DNA of 64,000 nucleotides from Octopus vulgaris (GCA_951406725.2 OX597827.1:46314001-46378000), one strand, 5' to 3'; numbered from the stretch's first letter, positions 1 to 14,220 are shown. Made by a program: numbers and translations. The notes: generated by a model from the letters alone, not told the origin.

Positions 1-1240
1 AATTGTCATCCATAATTATGACCCTAGTATCGAACTATTGCATTTCAATCTGTGTTAGGGTTAGGATTAGGGGTGGGGGGAAGGGTATATTTTTTTCTTC
101 ACAAATGTAAATAAACCCAATCTGTTTCTTAAACGAGGGACATATTCATACGGCACAGAATGTTTTCACCTCAATAGACGTCATTGATTGGTTAAAATTG
201 CAGAAATTGAAGAAAAAAAAACAACGAATATCTTACAAACTATAGAATTTTCTCAATAAAGCCAAGAGAAAAAGATGTTTTATAAACACATTCTACTAGT
301 ATACGAAGTTTAAAAGTGTTTAGTTACCTAGAAATTATGTTAAAAACTGCCGTTCAAACCGAAAAGATCCCAATTATTCGGTAGCCATGATAAAACTCCG
401 AGTTTCGGATGCCGAGTTGAAAATCCATGCCGCCATCTTTTCAGTTGTCCGGCCATCGGAAAAATCCTATGAAAAATGACCGTTATAGGAAGGGAAATTA
501 CTGCGTGATTGACCGTTATTAAGACAAAAGAGCTATTTAAATGACCGCTAAGTGAGGGAAGGGAGTAAAAGTAAGGGGGTAGAAATTTCATAGTATTCGC
601 GTAAGCGCGCATGTTCATACCTACACATGTGCGCCTAATAGTATACATTCATCCACTCTCACTTTTATTCTTTTAGACAATCATCCACTTTTTCATGCTT
701 GCGTGGATCAGACACATTTTGTATGGCTGGATGCCCATCCTGTCACCAGCCCTCATATATTTTCAAGTAATATTTCACCTTGGCCATACATGTTTACATG
801 AAATTAGGTAGATGGAACTTGTATGGAGTCCCAACAGATGGTCTGTATTCGTAATTCAAAGATCCAGCCCTATGACACTAATTCCCTCCAAGAATTATAC
901 TAATTAATACTTGTGTCTGCGGAATACTCAACAACCTACATGCCGATTCATTCAGCCATATATTTTTTAAAATCGTTTTTTGTTTCAATCTTTAGACTGA
1001 AGCACCGACTTGAAGGAAGTTTTTTTTAGATGTGTGAATCAACTCCTGTACTTTTTTTTTTTCGCAAACCTGACACTTATTCTATCGGTCTCTTTTTACC
1101 GAACCACTAAGTTACGGCGTCGCAAACATACCAACACCAGTTGTGAAACGATGGTGGATAACAGTCAATAATCCCACCCCCATGTATACATATATATATA
1201 TGTGTGTGTGTATACATACATACATACATACATACATACA

Positions 1241-1272
<32 letters not shown>

Positions 1273-4183
1273 TGTGTGTGTGTGTACATATATATGACGT
1301 GCTTCTCTCAGTTTCCGTCTACCAAATCTACTCGCAGGGCTTTGGTCGGCCCGCCCGCGGCTATTGCAGAAAACACTTGCCCAACGTATCACACAGTTGG
1401 ACAGAACCCAGAACCATGTGGTTGGGAAACAAACTCCTTAATACTCAACCACGCTTGCGCCCGCATATATATATATTTGGTGAACATAGCTTTGATTGGA
1501 AAGAGCAGGTGGTATTTAGAATTTGGACCGTAACCCCCTCCAGTGAGCGGTCAGCTGAGATGACCAACTCATTGCTCATCATCTTCTCTTGGCTTCCAAT
1601 TTAACTCTCGTCTTTTGCTCCATAACCAGCGAGAGACTCTTCCTGATGCTTCTCCCATCCTGTGCACAACTACTTTTCTCTCTCTGTCTCTTATTCCAAT
1701 GATTGTAAGTAATCTCCATACTGAGTAGGAAATCTCTGTTCAACCTCGACTGGGAATAACTACGACTGCCATTCTTTCTCCCCGCAATCCTGCAAAAAGC
1801 TTTGGTAGTATTGAGATTGATCTAACTGAGGGAGAGAGAGAGAGGGGGGAGTGTGTGTGTGGGGGGACAATTATTTCGTCACCTTCAGGCATCCATTTCA
1901 TGAAAGAAGAAAATTCAGGATCCAGAGTTACCTCCCGTGCACTGTGAAGTGTCCTCTCTCTTTCTCGCTATCGTGGGTTTCCTATTTCTGTTTTCAAGAA
2001 GCGCTAGACAACAGAGTGTTTGACAAAATATTTTGCAGCTTTGAGTAACGACCGTTCATAAACTGGGTTCACATCCTATAGGGATCGGGTTTTGCTTTTT
2101 ATTCCTGAATATTCGGCGGCATTTAATCACGTTCCTAGATCAAATACCTCTTCTAGTTTCTCGAGTATCGACAATACTGCAATCAGTCTCTACTCTTCTT
2201 CAAAACGTGTCTGCTTGTGCCATTGTTAAAAAAAGCAGACACAGTTTCCCTTTAAAGAGGAACATTAAAAAAATCTTATTTCTGTCGTTAATGTATTTCA
2301 GTGTACGAGAAAAAGACAAAAAATATGTTAAAATATACAAAACTCAGTTCCGTAGGGAATTCTTCATAGCTATTAGGAAACAAATACGCCGTGGGAAATG
2401 CTTTTATTTTATCATATCATCGAGAACATATTTAGATGTAGTGTCTACTCGGCTGGCATACATGAATAGTATCTGTATTTCAAAGGGCCAACCGTATCAC
2501 ATTCTGTGTCACGCTGAATTCCTTGAGAACTACGTTTAGGGTAAGCGTGTCTGTGGAGTGCTCAGCCACTTACACGTTAATTTCACGGGAAGCCTGTTCC
2601 GTCCATCGGATCAACTGGAACCCTCGTCGTCGTAATCGACAGTGTTAGTAAAGATGCAGTGTATATTTGTCAGTGACCAGGTTACAGTTGGCACGGAGAA
2701 AAATTTGACATCATAAGACAGATAATAAATGTTTAAGTGAAGTAAACCATTTCGGTGTGTTTTTGAATGACTAACACTTGTCTTCCACATTACAACCGTA
2801 GAATATATTCAATCGTTTGATCAAATATTAAAACTAAATATTGACACAAAATATTTTAATAATGAAGGGACAAGCCAATCAAAGTTGTTCACTTTTAAAT
2901 GATTTTTTTCTAACCATATCGTAGGAGTTGGAGTGGTTAGGTGCCCCAAATCACATTGATCATGCAGTGATTATGTTCTATTATTTTACTATCTGTGGAA
3001 GGCACATTTCCTAGTGGTTAGGGTGTTATACATCGTACCTTGGGCAAGTGTTTTCTACTCAGAACGTAAAATATTTTTTATTAAATAACAATATGGTCAA
3101 TGATGTAACTAATCACTGTGAAGAAATCATCTGTGCAGATGCTTCAGAAAGAATCTGTAGAATTGTCTTTCTTGAACTCTGAGAGAGACTACCATCTTTT
3201 CATTTTTGCATCTCATATTTTTTCAAAAGCTTTGACAGAAACTGTCTGATACTGTGTGAATAAAACTCATACAGTTCCAGCAAATTAAAGTAACTATTTG
3301 AATGCATGATGAACTGGCACATGATTTTGGGTTACATGGCACCTTGGGCAAGTATTTTTTGCTATAACCCTAGGTTGACCAAAACCTTGAATGGCTCTGA
3401 ATGATGGAAACTGAAAGAAACCTCTCATCATCATCCAGTGTTTTAAATCTGGGGGGAAGGGTGGTCGGATCTACCTCAATGCTATAGCAACCAAGGTAGA
3501 CAGGGGCAGCCTACCCCAACCTTTGGGCTGACTGGTGCCCATTCTCCTTTGCTATCATGAGGCGTTTTTTGGAGCTGGATTTTCTAGAGGGAACATACTT
3601 TTGCTTACCCTCAATCTGTTTCAAGACAATTGTATAAATTTAAGGTGGCGAGCTGGCAGAAACGTTAGCATGCAGGGTGAAATGCCTAGCAGTATTTCGT
3701 CTGTCTTTACGTTCTGAGTTCAAATTCCACCAAGGTCGACTTTGCCTGTCATCCTTTCAGGATCAATAAATTAAGTACCAGTTACGCACTGGGGTTGATG
3801 TAATTGACTTAATCCCTTTGTCTGTCCTTGTTTGTCCCCTCTATGTTTAGCCCCTTGTGGGCAATAAAGAAATATGTATAAATATGTGTGTGGGTGTATA
3901 TGTTTGTATTTCTTTGTCCTGACATTGCATGATAGTCGTAAATGAATGTCACTGTCATACAAGCAGCATTCTTCATTTCCAATCTTGCATGCAAACATAT
4001 CTGGCTGTGGGGAAACATTACATTACCTTACTTAGACACAGGCAAGCGTTTGCAAGATGAAGGAGATCCAGCCATGGAAACTCTACAACAATAAATTCTG
4101 TCAGACTCATACTAGCATAGAAAAGTGGCTGTTAAAATGATGACAATGATGTATACACACATATCTATCACTCTTTCTCTCTC

Positions 4184-4216
<33 letters not shown>

Positions 4217-4436
4217 GTGTATTTATATATTCTTTTTCTTGTTTCAGTCATTTGACTGTGGCCATGATGGAGCACCACCTTTAGTCGAGCAAATCGACCC
4301 CAGGACTTATTCTTTGTAAGCCTAGTACTTATTCTATCGGTCACTTTTGCTGAACCGCTAAGTTATGGGGATGTAAACATACCAACATCGGTTGTCAAGT
4401 GATGTTGTGGGGACAAACACAGACACACAAACATAT

Positions 4437-4475
<39 letters not shown>

Positions 4476-5538
4476 CGACAGGCTTCTTTCAGTTTCCATC
4501 TACCAAATCCACTTACAAGGCTTTGGTCGGCCCGAGGCTATAGTAGAAGACACTTGCCCAAGGTGCCAGGCAGTGGGACTGAACCCAGAACCATGTGGTT
4601 CATAAGCAAGCTACTTACCACAACAGCCACTCCTACACCTGTGGTACGTATGCATGATAAAATTAAAAAAGAAATATATACAAAGCTGCTTTGATATTTT
4701 ATTCGTTTATGTATATTCATTAGTAAATATACTGACCGGCAGATACTTCAAATTTTGATGCATGCTTGTCAACAGCAGACATGTGGCCAGCAGACATGCA
4801 TATCTGCTTCCATAACTTAGAGAAGAAGAATGCACCACTGAAAGTAAGAGACTACAATTATTATAACCACCACTACCACCACCACCACCCCACCATTACT
4901 GCCATTGTCATCATCATAGTTAACATCATTCCTTCCTTGTAAACCATGTTTGACTGTTTCTTGTAGTTGATCCCTGTATAAAAAAAACTTGTTTTAGGAA
5001 GACATAACCTCGGGTCTATCAGGGAACAAATGAGGGAAATATATGCACTTCATCAAAGATATACCCTGTCCCTCACTTATGGCCAACCCATGGTTATAGT
5101 GAAAACCATTGACACAGATGCCCACAGAGGTATCAAACCTGGGATCTTATGGTTGCAAAGCCAATTTTCTTAACCATTCAGTCTCATGTGTCACAGTATA
5201 AAGGACACAGATTTATATGGAAAAGTGTTAATATATAATGTTCAGTCCTATTTTCTATAAAAGCATTAGCAAGGGGTGCCCCAGCATGGCCACAGTCCAG
5301 TGGCTGAAATTGGTAAAAGACTAAAGGCAAATATAAGTTATGGAAAATATTTGAACTGCGACCATAGTTATGAATTACTGCTGCTGCTGCACCACCACCA
5401 TGACCACCAACCTGTCATCATCATTTTCATCGTCGTCATCTAGCTTCCATGATGGTTCTAGATGAGTATCACCATCATATGAGTGATGCAGTTTGCTTAC
5501 AGTTTTTCGCAAGAAACATGTCTAGCCACCGAGTATTA

Positions 5539-6104
5539 TTGGGTTGTCCGGAAAGTTCGTGCCGATTTATAGCAGCTTACTTTTCGACTTATTTTAGAAC
5601 ATGGTTGAGTCCATAAAATAGGATTTGACTACACTTCCATTTAGAGCACAGTTTAAGCTATCTTTTCGTGGAAGAAGGTTTATGTTCCTATAACCTGTGT
5701 TAATTTTGTAACCCTTTAAAATGGAAGATAAGAAAGTTCATTTTCGGCACTTGATGCTTTGGGAACTAGACAAAAACTGCTGCACCTCGGTTGGGATGTG
5801 TTATCCCACCCTCTATATTCACAAGGTATTGCTCCTTCGGATTTTTACTTATTTAGGTCTCCTCAGAATAGTCTTAATGGTAAAAATTTCAATTCCTTGG
5901 ATGATGTAAAAAGATACCTTGATGAATTCTTTGCCAGGGAACCACCTCAAATCTGGGAAGAGGGTATTTTCAAGTTAAAGGGAAGATGAAGACACATTGT
6001 GCAACTAAATGGTTCATATTTCGTTGATTAAAAATGTAATGGCAAGTATTTATTGACCTTTTTCTTTCCTTTAAAAATCAGCACGGACTTTCCAGACAAC
6101 CCAA
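5539..6104 (+). mobile_element. internally deleted mariner transposon
   Basis: ~30-bp TIRs ttgggttgtccggaaagttcgtgccgattt / aaatcagcacggactttccagacaacccaa; TA on both sides; N-terminal MEDKKVHFRHL joined to C-terminal HPLYSQGIAPSDFYLF (YSPDLAPSD-like). Confidence 0.9.
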
Positions 6105-6889
6105 TATTTTCCATGGAGACAGGTGAGAGTTGGCGACAGCAAGGGCATCCAGCTGCAGAAAATCTGCACCATTGAATTCTGTCTGAGCTATGCAAGGATG
6201 GAAAATGGACATTAAAATGATGATGATGATGGTGATGATAATGATAAAAAAAGTTACATGTGTGTGTGTGTGTGGCACTAGTGTGACAAACAAAAATACA
6301 TTGTGGTATTGAGTTATATCCCTTGATATCAAAAAAGTAAAGCTATTTGATAAATAAACATTGATGAACCAGAAAAAAAATACCGGCAGTGGTGTTGGTG
6401 CTCTGGTATGGCCACAATTCAATCACTGAGAGTAGGAAATGGATAAAAGAATCTCTCTGAAATTATAAACATTGATTTGAGTACAAGCATTCCTGTTGCT
6501 ACCATCATCACCACAATAACAACCATGATGACCGCAATATCAGCAACAACCACCATTGCCATAAGAATCGAAATCCAAGAAACAAAAACACATTAAAATC
6601 AAAAGGTGAAGAGGATTTATTATATATATATATATGTATATGTATGTCTATATAGATGATATAGTCAATAGGAGAAAGGAAGTTCATAAAAATCATTTTA
6701 TTTCCTCTGTTGTTTTCATATGTGTTTGCTATGATATCACGACCTTATGGAGTTTTCTCACGTCTTTGCAACCAAGAGGATATCGCATGATATCACAGTG
6801 ACATATAATATATTACATTATATTATATTATATTATATTATATTTCTGTAAGATGTCACTTCTTTCAGCTTGTGATCAATCATCTTTAT

Positions 6890-7510
6890 CAATGGTTTCT
6901 ATGGAAACAAAATTATCACATGATCACAGTCACGAACGTAAGATGCTTCTCTTGGATGAGGCTGAGAGGGGATAGAAAAAAAAAATACGTTTGTCATGTA
7001 CATGAACCACAGTCATAAACATCAGTGTCAACATAAGATTGCTTATATGGGAACATTCTCATGTATATAGGATGGTTTCTCTGGGAAACGAAATCATCAC
7101 ATGCCCACAGTCAAATATGTATGGTGGCTTCTTTGAGAACAAAATTGTCATGTGAACACATTCATAAAAATAAGATAGTTTCTATATGAAGAAACAGTCA
7201 AGTGACAAGTAATAAAACTTTGATGGCTTCTACATGAATAATAACTATGTGGTTTATCATAAACATTAAATGGGCTTCTATGGAAACAAAGCTGTCATAA
7301 GATAAGTCATAAATGCAAGATGGTTTCTATGAGTAGTGGAGTTGGGGGGGGGGGGCGGGACAGAACTGTCATATGGTTATAAACATACGATTGTTTCCAT
7401 GAGAACAGGACTGTGACAAGTTCAGTCATAAATATAAGATGGTATCTTAGAAAATAGAAATGTCAATGTGACAAAATGGCTTCTATGGGAATATGATTGT
7501 TAAACGACCA
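6890..7510. repeat. degenerate ~50-bp minisatellite (atggtttctatggaaacaaaattgtcat..agtcataaatataag)
   Basis: about a dozen diverged units by eye; one more unit after the SINE at ~7945-7990. Confidence 0.65.
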
Positions 7511-8532
7511 TCTTTTGTTTTTTTTTTCTTTCCACTTGTTTCAGTCATTTGATTCTGCCCATGCTGGGGCACCACCTTGAAAGGTTTTAGTTGAATGAAT
7601 TGATCCCAGGACATTTTACTTTTTTATATTTTTTTTAAGATTTGTACTTATTCTATCAATCTCTTTTTTTTTTTGCAAAAATTCCTAAGTCATGGGGACG
7701 TGAACAAACCAATACCAGTTGTCAAGTAGTGGTGGGGAACAAACACAAAATAAAAAAACACACACACACACACACATAATGTATATATGATGGATATCTT
7801 TGATCTTCCATACCAAATCCATTGACAAGGCTTTGGTCAGCCTGGGCCGAAAGCAGAAGACACTTGCCCAAGGTACCATTCAGTGGGACTGAACCCAGAA
7901 CCATGTGGTTGGGAAGCAACCTTCTTATCACACAGCTACATACAGTCTCTATGGAAACTGTTGTCACCTGATCAGTCATAAAAGTAACAGATAGAAAAAT
8001 GGACACGAAGCTATTGCATATGAAAAAATTGTTGTTTTCCCCATTTTTCTAAATGTTACAGACATGTTTACAAGTGCCAAACTGTAGTACCGTTTTTTTA
8101 AATATTTTTATTTCTTTTTCTTTTTAGCAGAGAAGAGGGGTACATCTGTTTGTGCCATGGAGATAATATACTTCAACCCAACAATTTCATTAGTTCTTTA
8201 TGAGTTCTCTTAAATTTCACCTCAGTGTTTCTGGTCAAGTCTCAGCACTCCTTTTTGGTTTGTTGTGTTCTCTCAATCTTTGATATGACAATTAAAAAAA
8301 ATCAAAATGCTTTAATACTGATAGTAGAGTAGTTTATCATTGTTTAGTTCCCAGATCAGCCATATCAAATAGTCTTATGATGATACACATTCCAGCTGTG
8401 ACCATCATGTCATTTTTTTTTGGTTTTCATTTTTTGATGTGGCCTTCATCTAAGATGGCAAGGTATGATTTGAGGGATATTTGGCTATTATTCATAGGTG
8501 GTCAAACAGTCCTGCAGACATTTTCTTTTTAA

Positions 8533-8749
8533 CCCTTTTGATACCAACCCACCTGAGACTACACCTCCTGGTTCTATAATACAAATGTCTTGTTTTAAAA
8601 TTAAAACCTTTCATTAAAATTTCTAGTTAATTTATGTTCCATACACCAGCTTAATAATGACAAAAGTTATTCGTTAAATTCTCCATCATTTTCAAAATTA
8701 CTTGAAACAAAGACAGTATAGTTAAACAAAAAATTTGGTAAGAAAAGGG
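8533..8749. mobile_element. piggyBac-type MITE
   Basis: TTAA on both sides, CCCTTT/AAAGGG termini; homologous to 13360-13579. Confidence 0.75.
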
Positions 8750-9428
8750 TTAAAGCAATGCCGTCCAGTCACTGACCATTAGTAAACAGAGTGAATCCTA
8801 GTGTAGATGCTTTGTCAATCACTAACAGAAAGGGCAAATCCTTTAGATTCCTGATGAATATTTCAAGTGACAGATCTTGTAATTGATCAAACCGGAATTT
8901 TTTTCTTTTTGTATCTGGGTCTCAGTCAGCATAAATTATCCCCCTGCTCTTCTTTTGAAGGGTTTTCAAGATTGGTGGAATGAAGGGAGGGAGATAAAAA
9001 CTAGAATTCAAGGATTCTCTTCAAACTTGAGACCCAAGTCAAAGGCTTGCAAAATGGTGGAATCCATTAAAAGTGACTCACAGTCATGATGACAATGTTT
9101 CCTATAGTTTTTAGTTGTCTGTCTGTACAAATATTTTACATTGTACCATTTTTTTTTTTTACCTGTGACATCCATTTTTCCATTTGATATTTCCATACAG
9201 TTGTGAGTTGGAAGAAACTTCTTTTGTCAGAATGAGGCAGTCTTTCACAGTTGGATGTCCTTTATGATGCCAACCTATGCTTATTTTTCAAGTAAGGTTT
9301 TTTTTTTATTTCACTGTTCTTCAGATGTCAAAACTGTCCAGCAATGCCACATTTCATTTTTATGGATGATGTAAACAAGCTCCAAGGAAGTTCATGCAAG
9401 TTCATGTATACACACACACATATATACA

Positions 9429-9478
<50 letters not shown>

Positions 9479-10803
9479 CATATATAATATGTGTGAAGGT
9501 GCATAACTTAGTGGTTAGGGTATTCAGCTCACAACCGTAAGGTCACGAGTTCAATTCCCAGGGTTGCGTTGTGTCCTTGAGCAAGACACTTTAGTTCACT
9601 CTGCTCCAGTCCACTCAGCTGGCAAAAATGAGAAACCATGTGACAGACTGGCATCCCATCATCCAGGTGAGGAATATATACATCACAGAAACCAGGAAAC
9701 TGGCACTATGAGTCTATATGATTCAAGGAGCTTTATCCTAGTTTTTTAACCAAGGACCATGTGATTGCAAAGAAAACTTCTTAACTATATTTAGGTCATG
9801 TTTACATGTGTGTGCAATTTCTGAATCACTCCATCGGATTAAAGAGCAGTCACAAAAATACATGGGTCTGATGTTGTGTATCTGTGACAAGGCAGACAGT
9901 TTGTTGAACTTCACACTTCACCAAGTTGTTCAATAAGAAGGAACTTAAACTCAGCACAGCTCAGCAATTTTACAAAGTGCCTGCCAAAGTCCTACGGTGT
10001 TGCTGCAACATACAATGGTGAATTATTTTAAATGTATTAATAGCTCAGTGGGTTGGACCACTTGAAAGAGTTAAATGTCTTGTCCACAGATACACCACAG
10101 CAGTAATGGTAACGAGATTCAAATAGCTGATCCCTTTCGGCTGGTTGGTTGGTTTGTTCAATATTTCTATCAATGAGATTGTCAACATTCTCCAGATATA
10201 TCTGCTGGGGGTGGGGTGGGGGGAAACCAACAAAGTTCACTCTCTTTTTGACGAGGCAGGGGATATAAAAAGTTAATTTTTGAAACGATGGTTATAATGG
10301 AGTGAGCTGACACATCCCACATCCCACTTCCGATTTTTAGTGACATCCAATTCATATCACCTCAGAGACCCTAAAAAGTTAAGTTGACTCTTGCTTTGGC
10401 AGGATTTCAACACTGAACAATATGGTAACAAGAAAGATAGATACAATCAAACAGTTAGTCAGTCCACTGCTAACACACCGACAAGCAGAAACTTCATTGG
10501 ACGAGGTCTTCAAGATGATTTCTTAAAATTATTATTATATATTTATCATGGTTGATTAAATCGATCCTCTTGTATTATCTCTCCTGATAGTATATCACTT
10601 GTGGTTGTTTATGTGAGGAGGGGGTTTTGATCAGTGAGGTACTAAACTAGTTATAGTAAAGCCTCAAGTTCGAAGTAATGTAATTTGGCATAAGGTCTTT
10701 ACTGTGTCCACTTGTGTCAACAAAACAATAAATATACCCACAACAATAAACAGCTTCACTGTGACAATGATCCCAATTCTTGATTCCAGACGTAATTGAA
10801 TGT

Positions 10804-12147
10804 TTAAGCAATGTGTGATTCCAGATGAATCTTTAGATGAAAGTAATCGAAGAAGTCTTCACCGCAGACCTGACAATGGAAAATATTCTCCAGCGTGTGT
10901 GTTTTGATGTGTTTTTTCAACAAGCTTTTCTCGGCATACTGCTTTTCACAAATGTCACATTGGAAAGGTTTCTCCCCCGTGTGAATCCGAATGTGTCGTT
11001 TCAGGTGATAGTTGTCGGAAAACCCCTTCCCACACAACTCGCACAGGTAGGGTTTTTCCCCGGTATGCGTTCGAATGTGTCTTTTCAAGTGGAAATTTTC
11101 AGAAAAGGTTTTCTCACATACTTTGCATTGCAAATTCTTCTCTCTCAGATGCATTCTCATGTGACCCTGCAAGTGGAAGTTTTGAACAAATTCTTTGTCG
11201 CAAATCTGACAAGTGAATGGTTTCTCCCCGCTGTGGATCCTCATGTGCCCTTTCAGCTGGAAATTCTGAGCAAATTCTTTGCCACACATATCACAAACAA
11301 AAGGTTTTTCACCTGTATGTCTCCTCATGTGTATCTCCAAATTATTTTTCTGCAGAAAATCTTTGCCGCAGACTTCGCAGTGGAACTGCTTCACAGCTGT
11401 GTGTCTTCGGACATGTTTCCTCAGGAAACTCTTCGAAGCAAACCCTTTCCCGCAAATGTCACAGGTAAAAGGTTTATCACCAGTATGCGATTTGTTATGG
11501 ACTTCTAAGCTGGATTTATGAGAAAAGTCTTTCCCACAGATATCACAGTGAAAGGGTTTCACGCCTGAATGCGTTCTACAATGCATTTCCAATAAAGATT
11601 TAATAGAAAAACTCTTTCCACAAACTCCACAAGGAAAAGGCTTTACACCTAAATGAGTTTTGATGTGTCTCGTTAAATGAGATTTATTATAAAATTTCTT
11701 ATCACACTTTTCACAGCCAAAAGGTTTATCCCCCGTGTGTGTCCTGATGTGTGTAACTAGCTGAGGTTTCGTTGTAAAGTCTTTACTACAAATATCACAA
11801 TGGTATGGTTTCAGCCCTAGATGTATAGCAATGTGTCTTTTCAAGTGGTAATTAGTTGCAAAATCCTTGGTACACATCTTGCAACAAAATGGTTTTTCCC
11901 CATTGTGTCTCCTCACATGCATTTCAAACTGAGCTTGTACAGTAAAATTCTTGCCACATTCGTCACAATGATGAATTTTCCTGGCATTGTGAGTCTCAAC
12001 ATGTCTTTTAAGATGAGCGTTCTTGGCATACTCCTTCCCACAAACCTCACATTGGTATGGTTTTGCCCCAGTATGCATTTTCATATGTACTCTCAAATAG
12101 ATTTTCTGAGAGAATTCTTTGTGACATATTTCACATTTGGCCTGCAT
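10804..12147 (-). CDS. C2H2 zinc-finger protein, 447 aa, 16 tandem fingers, no effector domain, single coding exon
   Basis: ORF is 16 consecutive C-x2-C-x12-H-x3-H units at 28-aa spacing with TGEKPF/Y-type linkers; ATG context gtcatcATG; stop at 10804. Confidence 0.95.
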   Translation of the reverse strand: MQAKCEICHKEFSQKIYLRVHMKMHTGAKPYQCEVCGKEYAKNAHLKRHVETHNARKIHHCDECGKNFTVQAQFEMHVRRHNGEKPFCCKMCTKDFATNYHLKRHIAIHLGLKPYHCDICSKDFTTKPQLVTHIRTHTGDKPFGCEKCDKKFYNKSHLTRHIKTHLGVKPFPCGVCGKSFSIKSLLEMHCRTHSGVKPFHCDICGKDFSHKSSLEVHNKSHTGDKPFTCDICGKGFASKSFLRKHVRRHTAVKQFHCEVCGKDFLQKNNLEIHMRRHTGEKPFVCDMCGKEFAQNFQLKGHMRIHSGEKPFTCQICDKEFVQNFHLQGHMRMHLREKNLQCKVCEKTFSENFHLKRHIRTHTGEKPYLCELCGKGFSDNYHLKRHIRIHTGEKPFQCDICEKQYAEKSLLKKHIKTHTLENIFHCQVCGEDFFDYFHLKIHLESHIA

Positions 12148-13037
12148 GATGACGGGTATTTTTCAAGGTGAAAAGTATATGTAAGTATGTATGTATATAT
12201 ATATACACGGTTTCCTACCTCCAGTTGTAGGAGAGGTCATATGCCCTCTGCCATTAGAGCTTGACAAGTTGTCTATAAAGCTAAGCGCTTCATGGATGCA
12301 AAACCATTGGTCACTCTATGACCAGACATACATTTAATTGCATGTAAATACATTATAGATCTATCTTTAGAGTGTGCTTTTTTTCTTTTCAGATATATGA
12401 TCCACTGACAATGTGTGTGTGTGTGTGTGTATGTATGAATGGTTTAAAAGGAACAAATTTCCAGGAATGAAACAGTGATAAAAATATGTAAATAAATAAA
12501 TTTGTTCCTTTGAAGTTACTGTTGCCGTGGAAAATAGCTATGCAATGTTCTGTTTCCTCTGTGTGCAAATGCAAATATGCAACCAGCATGCAAAGGAAAC
12601 AAACACATGTGCAAAAGCTACATTCGTTCAAAAGTGATGCATGGCTGGTTCAAAGTGATGCATGGCTAGTTCACAGGTTCCATCCATCATCAAAACCCTA
12701 AGGTAACATACTTTATATAATGCATGCATACTTAGATCTCTTTTCTTTCTTTTTTGCATTTATGAAATAGATGCCAAAACTATCTTAATACTTTCAGGTT
12801 TACATGCACTCAAGAATTTTGTGCAAACATATGTTTGTTGTTGCTGTTGCTGCTGGGGGCAAAATCTGCACATCATAATAATGCTGTGTGCAAAACCGAT
12901 TAAAACTTAAGAGAGGTGAGTCTGGTCAAGTGGTGCTGCCATCACAGTACTGAAGATGATAACTGCCACAAATTCCATGGAAATGTAGAGAAACTGCTAT
13001 CACCACAGACTAACTGTAAGCATACCAATGCATTTAC

Positions 13038-13093
13038 CTGGTAAAAATACACCAAAATGCGGAAACTGTTTGACACCATGGAGATGGTAATTC
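13038..13093 (-). other. possible upstream (5' UTR) exon of the ZNF gene
   Basis: 56-bp non-repetitive segment bounded on minus strand by ttattttcag acceptor and CAG|gtaaat donor; no transcript evidence. Confidence 0.3.
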
Positions 13094-13122
13094 CTGAAAA
13101 TAAATGACAAAATTATGGTATC

Positions 13123-13209
13123 ATATACTCTTCAACTAAATATATGAAATATATATACTCTTCAACTAAATATATGAAATATATATACTCTTCAACTAAA
13201 TATATGAAA
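13123..13209. repeat. 30-bp tandem repeat, about three copies
   Basis: atatactcttcaactaaatatatgaaatat repeated. Confidence 0.9.
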
Positions 13210-13359
13210 CAAATGATTAATATATAATTAATATATGTAATATACATATTATACATGCAAATATATATATATATATATAAGACATTAAAATAAGGATGGA
13301 TAATTATACAGCCACAAAGATTGTTTATTACAGTCATATATACAATATATTCTCTTTAA

Positions 13360-13579
13360 CCCTTTCGTTACCAACCCAGCTGAAACTGCTTCTGGCTCTG
13401 TAGTACAAATATCTTGTTTTCAAAAGTTTGAATTAAAATCTTCCACCCATCCTTAGTCACAATTTATGTGCCTAACACTAGCTTAATGATATCTAAGTTA
13501 TTATACTAAATTCTTTGTTATATTTAAAGTAATTGAAAGAAATACAGAGCATCTCAACAGAAAAATGGTAACAAAACGG
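13360..13579. mobile_element. piggyBac-type MITE (second copy)
   Basis: ttaa-ccctttcgttacca ... tggtaacaaaacgg-ttaa. Confidence 0.75.
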
Positions 13580-14079
13580 TTAAAACTCTATCTGCCCGGT
13601 AAGGTATCTGCCCAGTAAGGTATCTGCCCAGATTTCATATCCTTATCCATTCACTCTATGTATGCATGGGCCACCCTGTGTATATATATATATATATGTC
13701 TGAGACCCCATTCGGTCATGACACAGACCATGGGATTGCACCTAGAAAGTTACCCTCCCAGGCACAAGTCCGGGCAAGGTTGTTTATGGAAGACCAGCAG
13801 TCGCCCATGCATACCGGCCTTCCCTCTCCACGCCACCAGTGTTATCCAAATGAAAGGCAAAGGCTGATACAGCTTGGCACCAGTGACATTGCAACTCATT
13901 TCTACAGCTGAGTGAACTGGAGCAATGTGAAATAAAGTGTCTTGCTCAAGAACACAACACGCAGCCCAGTCTGGGACTCGAGCTCACAACCTCACAATCG
14001 TAAGCTCAACGCTCTAACCACTGAGCCATGCTGGTGTCCTCGTCCCTATGCATCACATGACCATACCAGTGCAATCTTC

Positions 14080-14220
14080 TCTCTTGGCATCAGATGTGAT
14101 GCGCAAGAGAGAAGACTGCACTGGTATGGGCATGTGATGCAAATGGATGAGGACAGCAGAATAAAGAAGTGCCGAGCTCTAACAGTGGAGGAAACCTGTG
14201 GAAGAGGTAGACCCAAGAAC
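14080..14220 (+). mobile_element. RTE-clade LINE C-terminal fragment (related fragment ~20845-20990)
   Basis: RRLHWYGHVMQMDE..GRGRPK motif. Confidence 0.7.

Noticed and set aside
53-73. TTAGGG-like units
   Set aside because: Only about three imperfect units inside a probable dispersed repeat; not a telomere
6890-7510. Repeat array superficially like CRISPR
   Set aside because: Eukaryotic context, whole units are homologous, no unique spacers or cas genes
8847-8900. ctgatga..aaaccgg hammerhead-like words
   Set aside because: G12 and cleavage triplet missing; stem II not formed
10837-11508. 223-aa plus-strand ORF and neighbouring short ORFs
   Set aside because: Antisense shadow of the repetitive zinc-finger CDS; no recognisable motifs
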